A DNA stretch of 64,000 bases from an uncultured Eubacteriales bacterium (lineage in GTDB: Bacteria > Acidobacteriota > Aminicenantia > Aminicenantales > Aminicenantaceae), in assembly GCA_964410125.1 (NCBI GenBank), contig CAYPGQ010000001.1, forward strand, positions 54,549-118,548. Reading direction: 5' to 3'. The position numbers and the translations under genes are program-made. Below, in pieces: positions 41,100-50,676 of this stretch (position 1 is its first letter; every line of letters begins with the position of its first letter). The notes beneath the pieces were generated by a model. That model searched no databases, was not told the DNA's origin, and saw only the letters and a list, made by a program, of their open reading frames with translations.

Positions 41100-41307
41100 T
41101 CGTCCTCCTTTTCAATTAGCTTGAATTAAAATTAAATATGTCCGCTCAATAGGAAGGCCTTTATCCAACATATCCGCACCAAATAATGATTTTTGTCCAC
41201 CTTTTCACGTTTGAGCTTTTCATACTACCACTTTTCTGTCTTGTTTATCTAGGAAAGTTTTACTATTCTATAGAGAATATGTCCAAAATCTCAATGGAGA
41301 TTCAAGA

Positions 41308-42579
41308 ATGATTAAAACCACCAAAACCGCCCCAAAATTGGACCGCCGTCAGTTTCTGAAGATAAGCACACTGGCGACTGCATCCGGAGCCTTGATGGGA
41401 ACGAGTGCAAATTGCTTTCCTGTTAAAATCACAGACAAATGCAAACGAATGGACCAAAAAAACACGATTTTTGCGAGGCAGCTCTGGGACTTTGAATTTG
41501 TTAAAAGAATCGAAGCATCCATCGATAGATCAAGCATTGAAGCCCTGGAAAAAGTGAAAGGATGGACTCCTCTGGATGAGGCATTGGATGAAGCAGCATG
41601 GGCTCTGGACCATAAATTCGCCTCGGAGAGCGAAAACGGCCAGCCCCATTCCCAAGCTTATGAATGGGATGAACCTGTACGAAGAAATAAAGTTGAATTC
41701 CAAAATCCCAAAGATGCCAGCAGAAAAATCAAAAAAGCTGCACGCTACCTTGGGGCAGATCTCGTTGGAATTTCCCCCTATGATCCTCTCTGGACTTACT
41801 CCCGGCTGATCAAAGAAAACTTCGAATCGGAGCCAGACTCAGATGGAAGGCCAGAATTAGAGCATTTTGTCCCAGAATTTCCGTTTGAGCCAAAATCTGT
41901 TGTGGTCATTGCTGTTGAAATGGACTATGAAACAATCGCGCTTTCTCCATCATCCCTCGAAGGGGCAGCCACTGGCCTCGGGTACTCCCGAATGTGCTCT
42001 GTGGGATATTCGGTGGCAACTTTCATTCGAGCCCTGGGGTATCGAGCTTTTGCCAACGGGAACGATGTTTCCTTGAGCATTCCTTATGCAATCGCAGCTG
42101 GATTAGGTGAACTGGGCCGCCACGGTTTATTGATAACTCCGGAATACGGACCCCGAGTGAGATTGGTGAAGATTTTCACTGAACTGGAGCTCAAACCTGA
42201 CAAGCCCAAGACTTTTGGAGTATGGGAATTCTGTAAACACTGTAAGCGCTGCGCTGATTCCTGTCCTTCCCAGGCCATTTCAACGGGTGAACCCACATTG
42301 GAGGGCAAAACGATTTCCAACAATCCAGGTGTCTTGAAGTGGTATATCAATCCTGAAAAATGCATCCAGTTCTGGAGGGAGAACGGATCAGACTGTGCCA
42401 ACTGCATAACAGCCTGCCCTTTTAATAAACTTCCGATGTGGCATCATCAGCTTTCGGCAGGAATAGCAGCTCTTCCGGCTGCACCAATACACACGTTAAT
42501 GGCTAAAATGGATAAATTCTTCGGATTCGGGGATATCAATAACAGACGGGCGAACGCAGCCTTCTGGGACGAGGATTGA
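41308..42579 (+). CDS. rdhA: reductive dehalogenase catalytic subunit
   Basis: Tat motif DRRQFLK; IKKAARYLGADLVGI; AGLGELGRHGLLITPEYGPRVR; Fe-S motifs FCKHCKRCADSCP and C..CANCITACP. Confidence 0.92.
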   Translation: MIKTTKTAPKLDRRQFLKISTLATASGALMGTSANCFPVKITDKCKRMDQKNTIFARQLWDFEFVKRIEASIDRSSIEALEKVKGWTPLDEALDEAAWALDHKFASESENGQPHSQAYEWDEPVRRNKVEFQNPKDASRKIKKAARYLGADLVGISPYDPLWTYSRLIKENFESEPDSDGRPELEHFVPEFPFEPKSVVVIAVEMDYETIALSPSSLEGAATGLGYSRMCSVGYSVATFIRALGYRAFANGNDVSLSIPYAIAAGLGELGRHGLLITPEYGPRVRLVKIFTELELKPDKPKTFGVWEFCKHCKRCADSCPSQAISTGEPTLEGKTISNNPGVLKWYINPEKCIQFWRENGSDCANCITACPFNKLPMWHHQLSAGIAALPAAPIHTLMAKMDKFFGFGDINNRRANAAFWDED

Positions 42580-42583
42580 TACA

Positions 42584-42877
42584 ATGAGTCTTATAACATT
42601 TTGTCTAGGAGCCATGGTTGTTTTAATTTTATGGGGAATTACAGGTTGGATCAAAAAGAACCAAATCAAACTTTCCTGGCCTTCCTGGTTGGGAGTCATC
42701 CTGACCGCATTTCTTGCATTTTTCACGGTCGCATGGTTACTGAGTTGCATTATAGAGCGAGAATCACAGGCAGCCGGAATGGGACTTTTGATTTTTGGGG
42801 CCCTGGCCTTTATCGCTTTCGGGCTGACACGGAAAAAAATCATCAAAGACACCAAATCCCAAGCTAAAGGAAAATAA
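42584..42877 (+). CDS. rdhB: reductive dehalogenase membrane anchor
   Basis: 97 aa, 3 TM, WxxW (WPSW) and ExExxA (ERESQAA) motifs; 4 nt after rdhA. Confidence 0.85.
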   Translation: MSLITFCLGAMVVLILWGITGWIKKNQIKLSWPSWLGVILTAFLAFFTVAWLLSCIIERESQAAGMGLLIFGALAFIAFGLTRKKIIKDTKSQAKGK

Positions 42878-42898
42878 AAAGAGACTCGACCTCTAAAC

Positions 42899-44080
42899 AT
42901 GAACCATAAAAATTATAAGATCTTGAACAAAACATCCATCCTGAAAATTATTGTTTGGTTTACAGTTATTATCTCTTTGACCTTCGCCTATATTTATGGA
43001 TTTATCCGAAAAGACACACAAGTGTTGACACTCCTCCGCAGCATTTTTTCTGAAAAGGTTAAATTCAAAACAAGAGGCAATAATCCCCTGTTACTGGAGA
43101 TCTATGACCAGGAAACAAGAAAATTTCTGGGATATTGCGCAGTAGAAAAATCTCAGGGATGGGGCGGACCATTGCTTGTAGCTGCCATCATCGATTCGGG
43201 AGGCACCCTTAAAAAGGCCATAGTCTTAGATCACAAAGAAACCCCATCCTTTTTCCTTAAGTTACAAAGACACAATTTCTTAGATCAATTTTCTGGGAAA
43301 GGGATTTCTGAACCATTCATTATGGAAGAGGATATAGATACGATCACTCAAGCTACCGTCACGTCCAAGGCAGTAACAGATGCCGTGAGAACAGCTTCTC
43401 ATGCGCTAGGGAAAAAGCTTTTAAATCTCCAAATCAAGGATACGCGAGCGAGGTGGAATTTCGGAATCAATGAACTGATCCTACTTCTTCTGTATTTAGG
43501 AGTATTGATCAACATAAAACTAAAATCGAAAATTATGCGTTATATAGTCATGACAACAGCTTTTATCTTTTTGGGCTTCTATCTCAATTCTGCCATCGCC
43601 ATCGGTAACATCTCCCAGATATTGCTTGGATTTATTCCCTCGATCAAAGAAAATATATTTTGGTGGATTCTCGTAGGGGGAGCATTGCTTATGCCGCTTG
43701 TTCTGAAAAAGAATCTCTATTGTTCCTGTGTCTGTCCATTCGGAATTCTCCAGGATTACACAGCAAAACTAAGTGGTATCAACATCGTTATGCACAAAAA
43801 GAATGTGAAACTCGCCAAAACTATTGCTTACTTCCTAACCTGGATTGCCTTTATGATTATATTCATCACCTCAAATCCTGCACTGGGAAGTTATGAACCG
43901 TTTGCCACGTTCTTTAGACTCGAAGGGATGGGAATTCAGTGGTACATCCTTCCGGCCGTTGTTCTTGGATCCTTTATCTTGACAAGATTTTTTTGCCGAT
44001 TCTTCTGTCCGGTGGGAGTTATATTGAACATACTGATCAAATCCAGACAGAGTCTGGAAAATATTTTAAAGAGACAATAA
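42899..44080 (+). CDS. rdhC: RdhC/NosR-like membrane flavoprotein (FMN-binding plus CX3CP motifs)
   Basis: GWGGP, HKETP, DTITQATVTS flavinylation-like motif; TM region with CSCVCP and CRFFCP. Confidence 0.85.
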   Translation: MNHKNYKILNKTSILKIIVWFTVIISLTFAYIYGFIRKDTQVLTLLRSIFSEKVKFKTRGNNPLLLEIYDQETRKFLGYCAVEKSQGWGGPLLVAAIIDSGGTLKKAIVLDHKETPSFFLKLQRHNFLDQFSGKGISEPFIMEEDIDTITQATVTSKAVTDAVRTASHALGKKLLNLQIKDTRARWNFGINELILLLLYLGVLINIKLKSKIMRYIVMTTAFIFLGFYLNSAIAIGNISQILLGFIPSIKENIFWWILVGGALLMPLVLKKNLYCSCVCPFGILQDYTAKLSGINIVMHKKNVKLAKTIAYFLTWIAFMIIFITSNPALGSYEPFATFFRLEGMGIQWYILPAVVLGSFILTRFFCRFFCPVGVILNILIKSRQSLENILKRQ

Positions 44081-44082
44081 AA

Positions 44083-44178
44083 ATGATCAAAATGAAGATC
44101 AAAGAGGCCATCGCAATGGCCTTGATTTTGCTTACTTTCGGGCTTATCATGGCATATTTCTACCAAATACTTTTTTAA
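44083..44178 (+). CDS. small single-TM protein
   Basis: MIKMKIKEAIAMALILLTFGLIMAYFYQILF, starts 2 nt after the rdhC stop. Confidence 0.4.
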   Translation: MIKMKIKEAIAMALILLTFGLIMAYFYQILF

Positions 44179-44254
44179 AACTCCTCCCTATGCTATACTT
44201 TCTTCCTTTCAAGAATCGAGGTCAAATTTCATCAATTTATAATGAGGTAAAAAC

Positions 44255-45559
44255 ATGAAAAAAGCCATTATTATGGGTGCTGCGGGAAGGGATTTCCACA
44301 ATTTCAACGTTCATTTTCGAAAAAATGAAGATCTTCGTGTTGTGGCTTTTACAGCCACCCAAATTCCTGATATAGAAGGCAGAAAATATCCTCCTCAACT
44401 CGCAGGAAAAATATACCCTGAGGGGATTCCTATTTATCCTGAAGAAGAGCTCGTCTCATTAATCAAGGATAATGAAGTTGACGAAGTTTATTTTTCCTAC
44501 AGCGACGTCCTGCATGAGTATGTGATGCACAAAGCATCGGAAGTGATGGCAGCAGGGGCATCATTCGTTCTCTTAGGACCGGATGAGACTATGATTAAAA
44601 GCAGGCTCCCTGTTGTCTCGGTGTGCGCAGTAAGAACAGGGTGCGGAAAAAGCCAAACCAGTCGAAAAATATCCCTTATACTAAAAAATAATGGCCGAAG
44701 AGTCGTCGTCATCCGCCACCCGATGCCGTATGGAAATCTGGCTGACCAGAAGGTCCAGCGTTTTGAAAAATACGAGGACCTTGCCAAACACCATTGCACC
44801 ATCGAAGAGAGGGAGGAGTATGAACCACACATCAGCAATGGAATCATTGTCTACGCTGGTGTGGATTTCCAGGCCATCTTGGACGAAGCAGAAAAAGAAG
44901 CGGACATCATCATATGGGATGGAGGGAACAATGATTTTTCTTTTTATAGGGCTGACCTTGAAATTGTCGTGGTTGATCCTCACAGAGTCGGTCACGAGCT
45001 CCTATATCATCCTGGGGAGACAAATTTTAGAAGAGCAGATGTGATCGTCATCAACAAAATAGGAACTGCGGATGAGGAAAAAGTCAATCTTGTGACAGAA
45101 AACATTAAAAAATACAATCCGAAAGCACGCGTTGTCCGCGCTAACTCCCCAATCTATGTCTCTGGAGGAGAGGAAATCGCGAATAAAAACGTCTTGGTTG
45201 TCGAGGATGGTCCCACCTTAACTCATGGCGAAATGTCTTATGGAGCTGGAATCGTTGCTGCCAACCAATTCGGGGCTGCTACAATCATAGATCCAAGACC
45301 TTTTTCAGTCGGAAGCATTGAGGGCACATTCAAAAAATTCAAACATTTGGATAAAGTCCTCCCAGCCATGGGTTACGGAGAACAACAAATAGCTGAGCTA
45401 ACTGAAACTATCAATCGCAGCGATTGTGATCTTGTTGTCAGCGGTACACCAATCGATCTTAGCCGATTGATCGAATCCAACAAAAAAATTCTTCGTGTCC
45501 AATACGATATTGAAGAAATCGGATCGCCAGATTTAGAAGAAATTCTTAAAGATTTTTAA
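44255..45559 (+). CDS. arginine synthetase (ArcE)-like P-loop enzyme (often annotated GTPase / cyclic 2,3-DPG synthetase)
   Basis: IMGAAGRDFHNFN, AVRTGCGKSQT, RHPMPYG, WDGGNND, VEDGPTLTHG; directly upstream of OTCase. Confidence 0.8.
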   Translation: MKKAIIMGAAGRDFHNFNVHFRKNEDLRVVAFTATQIPDIEGRKYPPQLAGKIYPEGIPIYPEEELVSLIKDNEVDEVYFSYSDVLHEYVMHKASEVMAAGASFVLLGPDETMIKSRLPVVSVCAVRTGCGKSQTSRKISLILKNNGRRVVVIRHPMPYGNLADQKVQRFEKYEDLAKHHCTIEEREEYEPHISNGIIVYAGVDFQAILDEAEKEADIIIWDGGNNDFSFYRADLEIVVVDPHRVGHELLYHPGETNFRRADVIVINKIGTADEEKVNLVTENIKKYNPKARVVRANSPIYVSGGEEIANKNVLVVEDGPTLTHGEMSYGAGIVAANQFGAATIIDPRPFSVGSIEGTFKKFKHLDKVLPAMGYGEQQIAELTETINRSDCDLVVSGTPIDLSRLIESNKKILRVQYDIEEIGSPDLEEILKDF

Positions 45560-45601
45560 TCCAGGTTTTAAACGCGATTGAGGATAAAAAGGGAGGATAA
45601 A

Positions 45602-46600
45602 ATGGCTCACAACTTGAAAAACCGAAATTTTCTGAAATTATTGGATTTCACACCAGAAGAAATTCGCTTTTTGCTGAATCTCTCGGCTGATCTCAAAAAA
45701 GCAAAATATGCTGGGTCAGAGCAACCAAGATTAATCGGGAAAAACATTGCCCTCATTTTTGAAAAAGCTTCAACCAGGACAAGATGCGCTTTTGAAACAG
45801 CGGCCTTCGATCAAGGAGCGAATGTGACATATCTCGGACCGACCGGCTCCCAAATCGGAAAAAAGGAAACCATAAAAGATACGGCTCGCGTGCTGGGAAG
45901 AATGTATGATGGCATTGAATATCGAGGTTTTGGGCAGGCGATAGTCGAAGAATTGGCAAAATACTCTGGAGTGCCGGTGTGGAATGGTCTCACAAATGAG
46001 TATCATCCAACCCAAGTTCTTGCTGATCTGTTAACAATGATGGAGCATTCTGACAAGCCTCTAAACCAAGTGGCATTCGCTTATTTGGGCGATGCGAGAA
46101 ACAACATGGGAAATTCGCTGCTAATAGGGGCAGCCAAGATGGGAATGGACTTTCGTTCAATCGCACCAGCATCGATTCAGCCTGATGAAAAACTAGTCGA
46201 AGATGCCAAAAGAATTGCGGAAAAAACAGGCGCAAAAATAGTATTAACGGAGGATATCGAACAGGGTGTAAGGAGCTGTGATTTTCTCTGCACCGATGTC
46301 TGGGTATCCATGGGAGAGCCAGAAGATGTTTGGAAAAAGAGAATTGAGCTGCTGAAGCCATATCAGGTGAATAAAGAGACCTTGAAAATGACCAACAATC
46401 CACAAGTTAAATTCATGCACTGTTTGCCCGCATTCCACAATTGCGAAACATCTATTGGCGAAGACATCTATCAAAAATTTGGACTAGAAGCGATGGAAGT
46501 CACTGAGGAAGTTTTTGAATCTGATGCCTCCATTGTTTTTGATGAGGCGGAAAACAGAGTCCATACGATTAAAGCCATTATGGTTGCAACGTTAGCCTAG
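45602..46600 (+). CDS. argF: ornithine carbamoyltransferase (probably catabolic, ArcB-type)
   Basis: [37 protein letters not shown]. Confidence 0.95.
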   Translation: MAHNLKNRNFLKLLDFTPEEIRFLLNLSADLKKAKYAGSEQPRLIGKNIALIFEKASTRTRCAFETAAFDQGANVTYLGPTGSQIGKKETIKDTARVLGRMYDGIEYRGFGQAIVEELAKYSGVPVWNGLTNEYHPTQVLADLLTMMEHSDKPLNQVAFAYLGDARNNMGNSLLIGAAKMGMDFRSIAPASIQPDEKLVEDAKRIAEKTGAKIVLTEDIEQGVRSCDFLCTDVWVSMGEPEDVWKKRIELLKPYQVNKETLKMTNNPQVKFMHCLPAFHNCETSIGEDIYQKFGLEAMEVTEEVFESDASIVFDEAENRVHTIKAIMVATLA

Positions 46601-46748
46601 TTTTAAAAGAGACGCTCCAAGGCTTAACATCTTTTCAAAACTTTAAAACTTTCCCATAATTATAAGCGAGGATTTTTCTGTTGAGATATTTATTAAGTTT
46701 CAACGGCCAAAAATGTTATATTATTGGGGAATAAAGGGAAGAAAAAAC

Positions 46749-47876
46749 ATGAAAATCGGAATAATTTCTACCTATCCCCCTATCCACTGCGGAATAGCCA
46801 CTTACTCTTCCTACTTGATCAAAGAATTGCAACGACTCAAAAACAGAGTGTATGTCGTTTGTCACAAGGGAGGGGAAGGAATGGACTGTTCTCCTGTGTT
46901 CAACGCCGATGATCCAGACTTGCCCCACAAAGCTTTCAAAGCCATGATGGAGTTCACTCCAGACCTTGTCCATATCCAACATGAATACGGCCTCTTTGGG
47001 AAGCAAAACGGGATGAATGTCATTCCCCTTGCTTATAAATTTAAATTGAGCCGTATCCCGACAGTCATAACCCTCCATACCGTCCTGGAAGAGTGCAGTT
47101 ATGAAGAGCAGGTCATCGAGAAGGCACTGGCAGATATTTCAGATGCCATTATTGTTCACGAACTATATCAAAGAGAATTAATCAAAAAGAGGACTGGCCA
47201 TCAAGATAAAGTATACGTCATTCCTCATGGTGTGCGCGATCTTATCCCCGTCTCCAAAGCGAAAGAGGGATTGAGACTCGAAAGGAAAAGGATTGTGCTT
47301 CTTATGGGTTACTTTAGGAGAAGCAAAAATTTTGAGCGTGTGGTGAAGATTTTCCCTCGCGTTACAGAATCCGTCGATAATGCCCTTCTGCTTGTAGCTT
47401 CTGGAGCAAGGATGCCAGAAGATATCTCCTATCAGGAAGAGTTTCTTGAAGATGTGGCTACCTCAGCTGTAAAAGATAAAATAAAAGTACTACTTGGGCC
47501 ATTTTCCCACAATAAATTTGACCTTATCCTATCAGCAGCGGATGTTGTAGTCCTTCCCTATCTCAAGGGCGGCCAAAGCGGGATTTTAGCTCATTGTCAT
47601 GCCTTTGCAAAACCAGCTGTCGTTTGCTCCGAAGTGACAGCCATGGCTAATCTGGTCCAAAAGGCAAGAAGCGGCCTTGTGGCGCATACCGATTCTGAGC
47701 TGGCAGAGGCAATAATTACCATTCTGACAGAGAAGAATCTGGCGAGAGAATTTTCAGAGAATGCCAGAGCTTATGTCGAAAAGCATATCTCCTGGAAGAT
47801 CATTGCATCCAGACATATGGATGTCTATAATAAGATTCTAAAAAATCGGCATCCGCCTGGAGAAAGCTACGATTGA
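46749..47876 (+). CDS. GT4 family glycosyltransferase
   Basis: STYPPIHCGIATY, HIQHEYGLFG, TLHT, IPHG, ADVVVLPY..QSG. Confidence 0.88.
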   Translation: MKIGIISTYPPIHCGIATYSSYLIKELQRLKNRVYVVCHKGGEGMDCSPVFNADDPDLPHKAFKAMMEFTPDLVHIQHEYGLFGKQNGMNVIPLAYKFKLSRIPTVITLHTVLEECSYEEQVIEKALADISDAIIVHELYQRELIKKRTGHQDKVYVIPHGVRDLIPVSKAKEGLRLERKRIVLLMGYFRRSKNFERVVKIFPRVTESVDNALLLVASGARMPEDISYQEEFLEDVATSAVKDKIKVLLGPFSHNKFDLILSAADVVVLPYLKGGQSGILAHCHAFAKPAVVCSEVTAMANLVQKARSGLVAHTDSELAEAIITILTEKNLAREFSENARAYVEKHISWKIIASRHMDVYNKILKNRHPPGESYD

Positions 47877-47895
47877 GGAGGATTCAAGGAGCAAG

Positions 47896-48840
47896 ATGAG
47901 TAAAGGAAGAAAAAAAAGGAAAGAGATTGTCGAAAAATATATTGGAAATCCGATCATCACGAGCAAAGACATCCCCATTCCGTGTAACACGGTTTTTAAT
48001 GCAGCTGCCACGGTGTATAGGGATGAATATATCCTTCTTGTTCGAGTTGAGGGCGTTGAGGGCAAATCTTCGCTCTGGATAGCTAGGAGCAAAGATGGAA
48101 AGAAGTTTGAAATAGATAAAAAACCTGCCCTTATTCCATCGAATCAGGAGCCCTTCAAGACATATGAAAAGAGGGGCCTGGAGGATCCGCGAATCACGAA
48201 GGTCGATGATACTTACTATATCATCTACACGGCTTATTCCCATTATTCCCCCCGCCTTGCGCTGGCTAAAACACGAGATTTTGAAAATTTTGAGAGGATT
48301 GCACTGATTTCTGAGCCAGTGAATAAAAACGCTGTTATTTTCCCCAAAAAATTTCAAAGAAGATATGTCCGCTATGATAGACCCATGGCAACAGGCATTG
48401 CCACTTGGATATCTTATTCCTATGACCTCATACATTGGGGAAATTCAAGCATGATCTTCGAAACACGGCCAGGCTTTTGGGATGCAGACAGGATTGGCCC
48501 TGGCGCCCCGCCCATCCGAACAAAAAAGGGGTGGCTTCTCATATACCATGGCGTCAAAAAGACATCTGCGGGTCCCATTTACAGACTTGGAGTTGCCCTT
48601 TTCGATCTCAAGGATCCGTCCAAGCTTATTGGCCGCTCAAGAGAGCCGATTCTCTCACCTTCTGAATATTACGAGAGGGCCGGTGATGTTCCGAATGTTG
48701 TTTTTACAACCGGGGCAATCCTGGAGAAAACAGGAGAAGTTAAGATATACTATGGGGCCTGCGATACATATATATGTCTTGCGACTGCCCGAATAGATGA
48801 TCTCCTTGCTCTGTGCAAAAAGAAAGAAACAGAGGTTTAA
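47896..48840 (+). CDS. GH130 glycoside phosphorylase/hydrolase
   Basis: VFNAAA, GLEDPRIT, NKNAVIFP, IGPGAPP, WLLIYHG, GDVPNVVF, IYYGACD. Confidence 0.9.
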   Translation: MSKGRKKRKEIVEKYIGNPIITSKDIPIPCNTVFNAAATVYRDEYILLVRVEGVEGKSSLWIARSKDGKKFEIDKKPALIPSNQEPFKTYEKRGLEDPRITKVDDTYYIIYTAYSHYSPRLALAKTRDFENFERIALISEPVNKNAVIFPKKFQRRYVRYDRPMATGIATWISYSYDLIHWGNSSMIFETRPGFWDADRIGPGAPPIRTKKGWLLIYHGVKKTSAGPIYRLGVALFDLKDPSKLIGRSREPILSPSEYYERAGDVPNVVFTTGAILEKTGEVKIYYGACDTYICLATARIDDLLALCKKKETEV

Positions 48841-48857
48841 AAAGCTTCGTCGTGTAA

Positions 48858-49598
48858 TTATTCCCGCCTCAACCTTCTCCGCTGGATGAATAGGCTGAGG
48901 ACAAAAAATAACGAAGTAAAGAGAACCAGCATGATTAGATCCAGCCCTAGGGGAAAGCCACTTGAATGGTCAAAAAGGGTGTTCCTCAAGCCATCTACGG
49001 AATATGTCAGAGGGAGCAGCCAGGCTAAATATTTTAAAAATCCAGGCATAGATTCCAAAGGGATAAAAACTCCACAGACGAAAATCATAGGAAAACGAAA
49101 AAAATTAAACATCGTCATAGCTTCGAAAACTTCCTTTACGCTGTTTGCCACAAACATGCCCAGGGCTGCAAAGGAAGCCGCAGAGAGCAACATCAGAACT
49201 AAGCTCATGAATATTTTATGGGGACTGAGGTGAAAAAAGAACACGGAAACGATGAAAAAAAGAAGCCCCATAAGGAATCCGAATATCACTCCGCTGAGCA
49301 TTTTCCCCAAAAGCAATGAAGCCTTACCGATGGGGGCCAAAAATAATCTCTCCAGCGTCCCTACTCTTTTCTCAAAGGTTATCACCACCCCCTCCATTGA
49401 GGTGGCACCGAAAAGCAGCACCATTCCGATCAAGCCAGGGACGATTTCTCGGATTCCTTGAGGGTTTTTCAAATAGAAGGCAAAAACAAGTGCCAGGGGC
49501 ATGATAATGCCCCAACTTATCAGCGGAGGTTTCAGGTAATAGGTTTTTAAATCTTTTAAGGTCACATAAAAGATTTTGGAGAGAGTAGGTGTGTGCAT
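48858..49598 (-). CDS. ABC-2 type exporter permease
   Basis: 6 TM; EKRVGTLERLFLAP, GVFIP, PLTYSVD. Confidence 0.88.
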   Translation of the reverse strand: MHTPTLSKIFYVTLKDLKTYYLKPPLISWGIIMPLALVFAFYLKNPQGIREIVPGLIGMVLLFGATSMEGVVITFEKRVGTLERLFLAPIGKASLLLGKMLSGVIFGFLMGLLFFIVSVFFFHLSPHKIFMSLVLMLLSAASFAALGMFVANSVKEVFEAMTMFNFFRFPMIFVCGVFIPLESMPGFLKYLAWLLPLTYSVDGLRNTLFDHSSGFPLGLDLIMLVLFTSLFFVLSLFIQRRRLRRE

Positions 49599-49599
49599 T

Positions 49600-50577
49600 T
49601 TATGGTTTCAATTCTTTATCGATTTTCATAAGTTCAAGGTCTAAGCCTGTCAAATGAACGAAGGTATCTTCCAGCGAGGCTGAAGCAGTATTGATAGCGC
49701 GAATCCTGACTTTTTCTTTCCGCAGAATCTTTAGAACTGCCTCGAGGACCAGATCCACATCATCGCATTGAACCTCTATGCTGGAATTCGTCAGTTCAAG
49801 GCTTTTGACCCTTTCCATTCTGGACAACTGCTGCTTGAGGCCCTGCTTGATTCCGTCTACCGTAAAAATAAGGCGTTGAGGAGCAGGCGTCATCCGTTTC
49901 AAGGCCTCAACCGTATCCATGGAAATAATTTCTCCCTTTACAAGAATGGCAACCCTCTGGCATAAGGCTTCGGCCTCTCCGATATTGTGCGTGGTTAAAA
50001 ATATGGTCACACCGGAGCGATGCAACTGCTGAATTAAAGCTCTTAAATGTCTTGAGCTTGCTACATCTAGACCAATGGTGGGTTCGTCAAGAAAAACGAT
50101 TTCCGGTTTATGAACAAGAGATGCGGCTATGGTAAGACTGCGCTTCATGCCTTTGGAAAGCTGGGAAAAGAGTACATTTCGCTTGTCATAGAGGCCAAAT
50201 TCTCTCAATAAATCCTCAGCCCGTTCTCTTCGCGATTTCTTTGCTATTCCATAAAGTTGTGCAATAAATATGAGGTTGTTGAGGGAGCTCAGCTCTGGAT
50301 AGAGGTTGGACACCTCTGGCACAGCCCCAATATGTTGTTTAACCCAGATTTCATCTTTTTGGATATTGTGCCCGAAGATAAAGACATCCCCGCGGTTAGA
50401 CCGGCTCAAACCTGTGATTATTCGTAGAGTGGTTGTTTTTCCGGCCCCGTTAGGTCCAAGGAAGCCGAATATTTCCCCTTTCTGGACAGAAAAATCGATT
50501 CCTTTAAGAGCCCAGAATCCATTATAACTTTTGGCCAATCCGGCCGTCTGAACAGCTAATTTATTAATTTTGGACAT
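49600..50577 (-). CDS. ABC exporter ATP-binding protein
   Basis: GPNGAGKTT, LSKGM, FLDEP, TTH. Confidence 0.92.
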   Translation of the reverse strand: MSKINKLAVQTAGLAKSYNGFWALKGIDFSVQKGEIFGFLGPNGAGKTTTLRIITGLSRSNRGDVFIFGHNIQKDEIWVKQHIGAVPEVSNLYPELSSLNNLIFIAQLYGIAKKSRRERAEDLLREFGLYDKRNVLFSQLSKGMKRSLTIAASLVHKPEIVFLDEPTIGLDVASSRHLRALIQQLHRSGVTIFLTTHNIGEAEALCQRVAILVKGEIISMDTVEALKRMTPAPQRLIFTVDGIKQGLKQQLSRMERVKSLELTNSSIEVQCDDVDLVLEAVLKILRKEKVRIRAINTASASLEDTFVHLTGLDLELMKIDKELKP

Positions 50578-50676
50578 TTATGGATTGACACTCCTATCTT
50601 TTCAGTCTTTATTTCTGAAGACCATTACCCAAGCAAATAATTTCTGTTCCAAATAACTATTCTAAAACGACGTCTA

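Noticed and set aside
41122-41135. Dehalobox-like TGAAT-n4-ATTAA upstream of rdhA
   Set aside because: One mismatch in AT-rich DNA, about 170 nt from the start, and no RdhK regulator in the window.
41100-41307. Cobalamin riboswitch upstream of rdhA
   Set aside because: No recognisable B12-box or conserved core seen.
41308-42579. Epoxyqueuosine reductase QueG as alternative call
   Set aside because: Tat signal plus adjacent RdhB and RdhC favour RdhA.
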